From contig CAUTZD010000002.1 in the NCBI GenBank assembly GCA_963542825.1, positions 6,326-70,325 of the forward strand: a DNA stretch of 64,000 bases, read 5' to 3'. Numbering within the stretch: the first letter of the stretch is position 1; each line of letters opens with the position of its first letter. A program made the translations under genes and the position numbers. Positions 57,488 to 64,000 of the stretch are shown in pieces. The notes under the pieces are model-generated. The model searched no databases, was not told the origin of the DNA, and saw nothing but the letters and a program-made list of their open reading frames with translations. The DNA comes from an uncultured Acholeplasmataceae bacterium (GTDB lineage: Bacteria > Bacillota_I > Bacilli_A > ML615J-28 > CAG-698).

Positions 57488-58606
57488 ATGGCAACAGTCA
57501 CTTTAAAGAATGTCAATAAAGTTTATGCAGGCAATGTCCATGCGGTTGTTGACTTTAATCTTCACATTAAAGATAAAGAGTTCGTTGTTTTTGTTGGTCC
57601 ATCAGGCTGTGGTAAATCAACAACTCTTCGAATGATTGCGGGGCTCGAAGAAATTACATCAGGCGAATTAAGAATCGATGATGAAATTACAAACGATGTC
57701 GCCCCTAAAGATCGTAATATTGCGATGGTATTTCAAAACTATGCGCTTTATCCTCATTTTACTGTTTACGATAATATGGCTTTTGGGTTGAAACTTCGGA
57801 AATTTAGCCGTGACGATATCGATCGCCGGGTTAATAAAGCAGCCGAAATCCTTGGTTTAAAATCGCTCTTAAATAGACGCCCTGCTGCTTTGTCTGGTGG
57901 ACAGCGTCAGCGGGTTGCGCTAGGTCGGGCAATTGTCCGCGATGCCAAGGTATTCTTAATGGATGAACCATTAAGTAACCTTGATGCAAAACTACGGGTA
58001 CAAATGCGTACTGAAATCATTAAGATTACGGAAAGCCTTGGAATTACTACTGTCTATGTAACTCATGACCAGACGGAAGCGATGACGATGGCATCACGAA
58101 TCGTTGTGATGAAAGATGGATACATCCAGCAAGTTGGTGCTCCTAAAGATATCTATGATTTTCCTGTTAATAAATTCGTTGCTGGATTTATCGGAACACC
58201 GCCAATGAACTTTATCGAAGGACACGTTTTAGAGAATGGTTTTTTTGAAGTTGGTAATAACAAGCTTGGTGTTAAAAAGTTTAAGATTCCAGCTGGTAAG
58301 TTTAAAGTTCTCGATGAACAGGGCTACGTTAATAAAGAAATCATTTTAGGAATCCGCCCTGAAGATATTCATGATGAGAACGTCGTTATTGAAACTTATA
58401 AAGATGCGAAAGTAACTTTGAAAGTTGATATCTCTGAACTTTTAGGAGCAGAGACACTTATCTATGCTCGTGTTATTAATCAACCAATTGTCGCTCGGGT
58501 TAAGGCTCGTGTTGATATCCACACAAATGATGAAGTGGAACTTGCATTCGATATGAATAAATGCCATTTCTTTGACCCTGCTACTGAACTGCGAATTACA
58601 AAATAG
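57488..58606 (+). CDS. carbohydrate ABC transporter ATP-binding protein (MalK/MsmX/UgpC family), orphan
   Basis: GPSGCGKST, LSGGQRQRVALGRA and LMDEPLSNLD plus a C-terminal TOBE-like regulatory domain. No permease is adjacent. Confidence 0.9.
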   Translation: MATVTLKNVNKVYAGNVHAVVDFNLHIKDKEFVVFVGPSGCGKSTTLRMIAGLEEITSGELRIDDEITNDVAPKDRNIAMVFQNYALYPHFTVYDNMAFGLKLRKFSRDDIDRRVNKAAEILGLKSLLNRRPAALSGGQRQRVALGRAIVRDAKVFLMDEPLSNLDAKLRVQMRTEIIKITESLGITTVYVTHDQTEAMTMASRIVVMKDGYIQQVGAPKDIYDFPVNKFVAGFIGTPPMNFIEGHVLENGFFEVGNNKLGVKKFKIPAGKFKVLDEQGYVNKEIILGIRPEDIHDENVVIETYKDAKVTLKVDISELLGAETLIYARVINQPIVARVKARVDIHTNDEVELAFDMNKCHFFDPATELRITK

Positions 58607-58624
58607 GAAAGGAAAAAAATAATT

Positions 58625-59815
58625 ATGAAAAAGACTATTAAAGATTTAGAATTAAATAATAAGACGGTGTTAATTAGAGTTGATTTCAACGTTCCAATGA
58701 AGGATGGCGTTATCACCGATGATAACCGAATCGTTCAAGCTTTACCAACAATTAAGTATGCACTTGAACATAATGCTAAAGTTGTTTTATTTTCACACCT
58801 TGGAAGAATTAAAGAGGAAAAGGATAAGGAAACAAATTCTTTACGGCCTGTTGCGAAAAGATTATCTGAACTTTTAAAGAAAGAAGTACAGTTTATTCCT
58901 GAAACACGTGGAGAAAAATTAGAAAGTGCTATCAAGGCATTAAAGCCAGAAGAAGTATTAATGTTTGAAAATACTCGCTTTGAAGATTTAGATGGTAAGA
59001 AAGAATCGAAAAACGATCCTGAGCTTGGCAAATACTGGGCTTCACTTGGTGATTTGTTTATTAACGATGCTTTCGGAACTGCTCACAGAGCTCATGCTAG
59101 TAATGTTGGTATTGCCTCTAACATCAAAGAAAGCGCTGTTGGCTTTTTAATGGAAAAGGAAATTAAGTTTTTGTCAGAAGCTGTTGATAATCCTGTTCGT
59201 CCATTTATCGCCATTCTTGGTGGTGCTAAGGTTAGTGATAAAATCTCAGTTATTGAAAACTTGCTTCCAAAAGCTGATAAGATTCTCATTTGTGGAGCGA
59301 TGGCTTACACATTCTATAAGGCCCTTGGTTATAACGTTGGTACAAGTAAATGCGAAGATGATTTCGTAGAATTTGCTAAAGGGCTACTTGAAAAAGGCAA
59401 AGACAAGATTGTTCTTCCTGTTGATAATGTTGTTAGTCAGGAGTTTAAAGAAGACGCTAAGAGCAAGACAGTTGACTGCGATAAGATTCCTGAAGGATAT
59501 ATGGGACTTGATATCGGCAAGAAAACTTTAAAATTATTCGAAGATGTTTTAAAAGGAGCTAAAACTGTTGTTTGGAATGGCCCTGCGGGCGTGTTTGAGT
59601 TCAAAGAATTTGCTAAAGGTACTAATGGCATTTGTAAGATCTTAGCTTCACTTAAAGGTGCAACAACAATTATCGGTGGTGGCGATAGCGCTTCAGCAGC
59701 AATCAACTTGGGCTTTGAAAAGAAGTTTACCCACATCTCAACCGGTGGTGGTGCTAGTCTTGAATATTTGGAAGGCAAAGATTTACCAGGAATTAGTGCT
59801 ATCGAGGATAAATAG
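58625..59815 (+). CDS. pgk: phosphoglycerate kinase
   Basis: [17 protein letters not shown] and STGGGASLE motifs. Confidence 0.96.
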   Translation: MKKTIKDLELNNKTVLIRVDFNVPMKDGVITDDNRIVQALPTIKYALEHNAKVVLFSHLGRIKEEKDKETNSLRPVAKRLSELLKKEVQFIPETRGEKLESAIKALKPEEVLMFENTRFEDLDGKKESKNDPELGKYWASLGDLFINDAFGTAHRAHASNVGIASNIKESAVGFLMEKEIKFLSEAVDNPVRPFIAILGGAKVSDKISVIENLLPKADKILICGAMAYTFYKALGYNVGTSKCEDDFVEFAKGLLEKGKDKIVLPVDNVVSQEFKEDAKSKTVDCDKIPEGYMGLDIGKKTLKLFEDVLKGAKTVVWNGPAGVFEFKEFAKGTNGICKILASLKGATTIIGGGDSASAAINLGFEKKFTHISTGGGASLEYLEGKDLPGISAIEDK

Positions 59816-59817
59816 TA

Positions 59818-60084
59818 ATGGCAAGAGAAGTTCTAAAAATTGATTCGACCGCCGGAATTGATGCACTTGTTGCACAAAAGGTCGTCAATATTGCTTCAAA
59901 CTACGAAGCCGATATGATTCTTCGTTATCAAAATAAAGAAGTCGATCTTAAAAGCATTTTAGGAATCATGTCACTAGCAGTCATTAAAGATAGCGATGTT
60001 GAAATCGTTGCTGACGGTAGTGATGCCAGTGAAGCGTTAAAAGCAATCGGAGCTTTTTTAGGTAAGAAGGCACATAATGCGTAA
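59818..60084 (+). CDS. HPr/Crh-like phosphocarrier-fold protein lacking the His15 active site (Asp instead), Ser46 region conserved
   Basis: Aligns by eye with HPr: STAGIDALVAQ versus SGIHARPAT, and KEVDLKSILGIMSL versus KTVNLKSIMGVMSL. Confidence 0.75.
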   Translation: MAREVLKIDSTAGIDALVAQKVVNIASNYEADMILRYQNKEVDLKSILGIMSLAVIKDSDVEIVADGSDASEALKAIGAFLGKKAHNA

Positions 60085-60835
60085 ACTAATCATTGCCGGC
60101 AACTGGAAAATGTATAAGACTCAGGATGAGGCTTTGAATTTTATTTATGATGTTACGGAGAAAATAAAAGATAAGGACGTTGATGTTGTTATCTGCGCGC
60201 CCTTTGTATATTTGGCATCACTTGCGAAACGGCAAGGCGAATTTATTAAAATTGGTGCCCAAAATATGTACTTTGAAAAAGAAGGAGCATATACAGGAGA
60301 AGTAAGCCCCTTGATGCTTAAAAGCGTTGGTGCTAGTTATGTCATTATCGGTCACAGTGAACGTCGGCAAATTTTTAAAGAAACTGATGAACTAGTAAAC
60401 CTCAAAATCAAAGCTGCCTTTAAAAATGGTTTAAATCCGATTCTTTGTATTGGTGAAACGCTTGAAGAACGGGAAAACGGGACGATGAAAAAAGTCCTTT
60501 CTTCACAGCTTCTTAAAGATCTCGAAGGATTAACCCCAAAAGAAGCAGGTAATCTAATAATTGCCTATGAACCAATTTGGGCAATAGGCACTGGTAAAAC
60601 CGCTACTAGCAAAGAAGCCGAAGAAGCAGCCCTCTTTATTAGAGAAACACTTACTGCTATTTTTGATGAAAAAACAAGCAACAAGATTCGTATTCAATAC
60701 GGTGGCAGTGTTAAACCAACGAACATTGAAGAAATACTTTCTGAGCCAAACGTTGACGGAGCTTTAATCGGCGGTGCTAGCCTTGATGCTGATAGTTTCG
60801 TTAAGATGGTTGAGATGAGTTCAAAAGACAAATAA
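60077..60835 (+). CDS. tpiA: triosephosphate isomerase
   Basis: AGNWKM, IIGHSERR, AYEPIWAIGTG and YGGSVKP. Confidence 0.96.
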   Translation: MRKLIIAGNWKMYKTQDEALNFIYDVTEKIKDKDVDVVICAPFVYLASLAKRQGEFIKIGAQNMYFEKEGAYTGEVSPLMLKSVGASYVIIGHSERRQIFKETDELVNLKIKAAFKNGLNPILCIGETLEERENGTMKKVLSSQLLKDLEGLTPKEAGNLIIAYEPIWAIGTGKTATSKEAEEAALFIRETLTAIFDEKTSNKIRIQYGGSVKPTNIEEILSEPNVDGALIGGASLDADSFVKMVEMSSKDK

Positions 60836-60839
60836 AAAG

Positions 60840-60866
60840 ACGAGCAAGTTTAAACTTGCTCGTTTT
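60840..60866. terminator. bidirectional terminator between tpiA and the convergent MATE gene
   Basis: Palindrome ACGAGCAAGT-TTAA-ACTTGCTCGT with flanking A/T runs. The MATE stop codon lies in the loop. Confidence 0.8.
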
Positions 60867-62271
60867 CTATTGTTGTAAGATTATCTTTTGAATGATCGAA
60901 GCGTTTGACCCAGGTTTCTTTTTTAACAAAATAGTAGGAGAAAAACGCTTTTAGGTAATCAGTAGCTTTACTTATTTCAAACATCCAAAATAAACCAATG
61001 TGCCATCGAGGTTCCATGAAAGAGAAAAGAAAAAGTAAAGGAATACCAAATAGGTATGCAGGTATTTGGTCAAGAAGAAACGCTTTAACGCTTTCGCCGC
61101 CGGCTCTCAGGATATAATAACATAAAGCGTTGTATCCGTAAATTGGAACCGCTGCAGCACTAATGAGAAGAAGATAATAAGCGTCCATATAAGTTCTGTG
61201 GTCTAGCTTAAATATCAAGAGAATAACAGGAGAAAGTCCAACGATGAAAATAATAACGATAATGCTAAAAATAAGTGAAAGCCCCTTTAATTTATTAGCG
61301 TAATCTTTAGCTTTATCAAAATTTCCCTCACCAAGCGTTGAACCAACAAGAACCGCCGTTCCTGTCGCGAGTCCCGAATAGAAAATCGAGAAAAGGTCCA
61401 TGACGTTTTGGGAATAGCTATAAGTTGTATACCATCTTTCGCTATTGCGGGTGATAAGCCATACACAGAGAATAACTCCAAGTGCCCATATAACTTCGTT
61501 ACAAATAATTGGAATTCCCTTTTTAAGGAAAGAAATAAAAAGCTCTTTCGAAATGTGCCATTTTTTAAAAACATCTTTGATGTACTTATCTTTACTATAA
61601 AAGATAGCGATTGCTACAAGGATTATAAGTTCTAAAACTTTTGAGAGGACGGTGGCGACAGCTGCCCCCTTAGCACCAAGCTCTGGGAAAATCCAAATGC
61701 CATTAATTAATAAATAATTAAAGACAACATTAAAAATAATTCCTGATACTCCCGATATTAAAACAACCACCGTTCTTTTCATGCTTCTAAAAATATTAGC
61801 AATCAGCATATTAAGAAGTATTATTGTTGCTCCAAATGCCATGATTTTAGCGTAATCGATGCCGTACTGTTGTCCAAGACTATCGCCAGGAATAAAAGCT
61901 TTAATTACTAAAGGACCAATAAAATAAATCGTAATGCCAGATAGAAGTCCAAAGATAATTGTTATCGAAAGTGTTAAATAAATCGTTTCGTTTACTTTGC
62001 CACGGTTTTTCGATCCAAAGTATTGCGAAATGAAAATTGACAAACTTCCTGCCGTTCCAATCCACAAGAAGTAGATAAAGAACATTAGTTTATTAGCTGC
62101 CGTTACGCCATTATATGCGTGTGGTATTTGTGAATTTGTTGGGTTATAAGAGTTAATCATCGTATTGTCGATATATCCAGCAATGGAAATAATAACTTGC
62201 TGAAGAACAACAGGGATAATAATTATTAACGCTGTTTTATAAAATTGTTTGTTTCCAAAATATTTTTTCAT
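60850..62271 (-). CDS. MATE-family multidrug/efflux transporter
   Basis: 12-TM protein. N-terminus MKKYFGNKQFYKTALIIIIPVVLQQ is typical of MATE. The ATG at 62271 is preferred over the ORF-track TTG at 62289. Confidence 0.85.
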   Translation of the reverse strand: MKKYFGNKQFYKTALIIIIPVVLQQVIISIAGYIDNTMINSYNPTNSQIPHAYNGVTAANKLMFFIYFLWIGTAGSLSIFISQYFGSKNRGKVNETIYLTLSITIIFGLLSGITIYFIGPLVIKAFIPGDSLGQQYGIDYAKIMAFGATIILLNMLIANIFRSMKRTVVVLISGVSGIIFNVVFNYLLINGIWIFPELGAKGAAVATVLSKVLELIILVAIAIFYSKDKYIKDVFKKWHISKELFISFLKKGIPIICNEVIWALGVILCVWLITRNSERWYTTYSYSQNVMDLFSIFYSGLATGTAVLVGSTLGEGNFDKAKDYANKLKGLSLIFSIIVIIFIVGLSPVILLIFKLDHRTYMDAYYLLLISAAAVPIYGYNALCYYILRAGGESVKAFLLDQIPAYLFGIPLLFLFSFMEPRWHIGLFWMFEISKATDYLKAFFSYYFVKKETWVKRFDHSKDNLTTIENEQV

Positions 62272-62279
62272 ACTTTCTA

Positions 62280-62288
62280 ATTTTACCA
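62280..62288 (-). promoter_or_regulatory. candidate extended -10 (TGgTAAAAT) 8 nt upstream of the MATE ATG
   Basis: The minus strand reads TGGTAAAAT-TAGAAAGT-ATG. Confidence 0.4.
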
Positions 62289-62341
62289 AAAGAGTTCAAA
62301 AAATGCGCTAAAAAATTTAGGATAAATATTTTTCATTAGGC

Positions 62342-62370
62342 TTGACGAAATATTTCTTTTACCGTATACT
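62342..62370 (+). promoter_or_regulatory. promoter TTGACG-17-TATACT upstream of the NUDIX gene
   Basis: Near-consensus hexamers at 17-nt spacing. An AAGGGGG SD follows. Confidence 0.6.
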
Positions 62371-62399
62371 TAAAAAGCCCACACCAAGGGGGTAATAAA

Positions 62400-62903
62400 A
62401 TGAAAAAATTATGGTCATATCAGGAAAAACTTGATGTTCATAACCGGGAAACAAAGCGAGTTTCGGTTAAGGGAATTGTTTTTAAAGATAATAAAATTCT
62501 TTTAGTTAAAAGCGATGCCATCGGGAAAGTATGGTTTCCAGGTGGTGGTAAGCATAAGGGGGAAACCGATATCGAAACTCTGAACCGGGAAATGCAAGAA
62601 GAAACAGGTTATCTTATTAATCTTGAGGCGGTTAGTGAATTCGGGTACGCTGAGGAAATTATCAACTCAACAATGAATCTTGGGGAAGTCTTTCACCAAA
62701 TTTCACGCTACTATTTTTGTGAAATAAAAGAACAAGGAACAAAACACCTCGATCACTATGAATCCAATCTACATCTTCATAATGTTTGGCTTGATTTAGG
62801 CGAAGCCATTAAACTTAATGATAAGCACCTAACGGGTATCTACCGCGTCTCAGCACGTCGTGATAACTATATTCTTAAACTGCTTCAGGAGATGATTAAA
62901 TGA
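62400..62903 (+). CDS. NUDIX hydrolase
   Basis: Nudix box GGGKHKGETDIETLNREMQEETGY. Confidence 0.88.
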   Translation: MKKLWSYQEKLDVHNRETKRVSVKGIVFKDNKILLVKSDAIGKVWFPGGGKHKGETDIETLNREMQEETGYLINLEAVSEFGYAEEIINSTMNLGEVFHQISRYYFCEIKEQGTKHLDHYESNLHLHNVWLDLGEAIKLNDKHLTGIYRVSARRDNYILKLLQEMIK

Positions 62904-63382
62904 TTCCCCTATATGTCAGTATTTTGGTTGTTGTCATTCTTCTATTTGTTTATGTGATTATTATTCCAAGAAGTAAAGAAAGAAAAATAAGTAAATTTAT
63001 TAGTAAGTATGATGGCAACGTTTGCGCTTTTGTTAAAGCTGAAAACTCATTGTATGATTATAAAGTGATTTATGAGGGAGCTACTTTAACAGTTAAGTTT
63101 ATTTTTCTTAAACGAAAAAGCGTTTTAAAAATTAGCGATACAAACGAGATAACACTAAAATATGGAAAGAAGCGAAACGGAGAATATAAGCACATAAAAT
63201 TGCTTGCAGATATTACCAAGTTTTTGCAAAGCAGTTTACTTGGAAAAACTATTGTCATTTATCCTAGTTTAAAGGATATTGAAATTTATCCAAACGATAT
63301 GAATACAAAAATAGATATTAAAAAAACCAAAGAACGTTACGGTTTTGATATTGTAGGTTTTGATGAGAATTTTATTAAATAA
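62900..63382 (+). CDS. hypothetical membrane-anchored protein
   Basis: N-terminal TM helix. Coupled to the NUDIX gene by an ATGA overlap. No motif recognised. Confidence 0.55.
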   Translation: MIPLYVSILVVVILLFVYVIIIPRSKERKISKFISKYDGNVCAFVKAENSLYDYKVIYEGATLTVKFIFLKRKSVLKISDTNEITLKYGKKRNGEYKHIKLLADITKFLQSSLLGKTIVIYPSLKDIEIYPNDMNTKIDIKKTKERYGFDIVGFDENFIK

Positions 63383-63393
63383 AGGAGGAATAT

Positions 63394-64000
63394 ATGAAAA
63401 AAATAAAAAGTCTACTTTTAATTTTACTACTTACAGTAATACTGGTTGGCTGTAAACACGGTCACGAAAAACAGCTTCAGGTTGCCTATACTAGCTATCC
63501 TGTTGGATATCTTGTAAACAACATCATCGGTGATGTTAAGGACATTAAAGTTGGGGGAATCATCAAAGAGGGCGGTCATATCCACGATCACGAATCACAT
63601 GCTGATGAACTTGTTCATACACACAATGCTGAACTTATTTTTGCTTTCACTAATCAGCTTGAATCATTTCTTGAGAAAAACAAAGAACAGTATAAAAAAT
63701 CAAACATCATTTATTTAAACGAAACTATCGATAAATATTACATCAATGAAAAACAAAATATCGAAGACCCACATTCATGGATGGATGTGAAAAATATGAT
63801 TACTTTTGCAAAGGAGATTCTTAAAGAACTTACAGCTAAGTTTCCAAAACACAAACAGGCGTTTTCAGACAACTACAATAAGCTCGTTGAAAAACTAGAG
63901 GCTCTTGATAAAAAGCTATTAGAACTTAAAAATCTTGGGAAAAAAGAGGTTTTGGTGGACCATGATGCCTTTAATTATTTCAGTAAACGTTATGGCTTTA
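63394..64000 (+). CDS. metal (zinc-type) ABC transporter substrate-binding lipoprotein, ZnuA/TroA family (3' end outside window)
   Basis: Hand-translated. MKKIKSLLLILLLTVILVGC lipobox, His-rich loop GGHIHDHESHADELVHTHN, DPHSWMD and DHDAFNYFSKRYGF. AGGAGG SD. The frame is open to the window end. Confidence 0.85.
   Translation, partial: MKKIKSLLLILLLTVILVGCKHGHEKQLQVAYTSYPVGYLVNNIIGDVKDIKVGGIIKEGGHIHDHESHADELVHTHNAELIFAFTNQLESFLEKNKEQYKKSNIIYLNETIDKYYINEKQNIEDPHSWMDVKNMITFAKEILKELTAKFPKHKQAFSDNYNKLVEKLEALDKKLLELKNLGKKEVLVDHDAFNYFSKRYGF

Noticed and set aside
1-64000. Possibility that the organism uses genetic code 4 (TGA=Trp), as many Mollicutes do
   Set aside because: All conserved genes are full length under the standard code. 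Several (mfd, rplB, rplP, sdaA and others) terminate at TGA exactly where homologs end. No conserved protein requires read-through of TGA.
1-64000. Search by eye for rRNA, tRNA, CRISPR arrays, IS elements, integrases and long DNA-level direct or inverted repeats
   Set aside because: None was found. All intergenic regions are short and AT-rich except 11570-11752 and 29540-29962, which are discussed separately. A tRNAscan, Infernal or repeat-finder run would be needed to be certain.

Overview
Low-GC (about one third G+C by eye) chromosomal segment from a Bacillota/Mycoplasmatota-type bacterium, possibly Acholeplasma-like. It reads TGA as stop: many conserved genes end in TGA and none needs TGA=Trp. 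Genes are tightly packed, almost all on the + strand, and many adjacent pairs overlap at start/stop (ATGA, TAATG). I saw no rRNA, tRNA, CRISPR array, transposase or integrase. Order of content: mfd 3' end, fba, a GDPD phosphodiesterase (-), two small membrane proteins coupled to a copA P-type ATPase, and a YwaF-like membrane protein followed by an ABC exporter module. Next come a GC-enriched structured intergenic element and a 1763-aa repeat-rich lipoprotein, then mnmG-rsmG-parA, L-serine dehydratase and a DUF2779 two-nuclease protein. Two surface lipoproteins with cell-wall-hydrolase-type domains (C39-like peptidase, amidase_2) flank an RluA-family gene. A very AT-rich accessory islet follows, with an orphan promoter/terminator pair and a frameshifted Big_2 gene. 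The complete S10-spc-alpha ribosomal cluster (rpsJ to rplQ, including secY, adk, map, infA, rpmJ) comes next, then a cysteine desulfurase with thiI, ung, glycerate kinase, rimP-nusA-ylxR-ylxQ-infB-rbfA, a MalK-like ATPase, pgk, an HPr-like gene and tpiA. The window ends with a MATE pump (-), a NUDIX hydrolase and the start of a ZnuA-like lipoprotein. The most unusual observation is a second, divergent, full-length rpoA paralog immediately after rplQ. Others are a histone-like Lys/Ala-rich extension on L30, an HPr/Crh-like protein with Asp at the His15 position inside the glycolytic operon, candidate leaderless mRNAs, and two candidate regulatory or small RNAs. All calls rest on reading the sequence and recalling family motifs. 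No database search was run.
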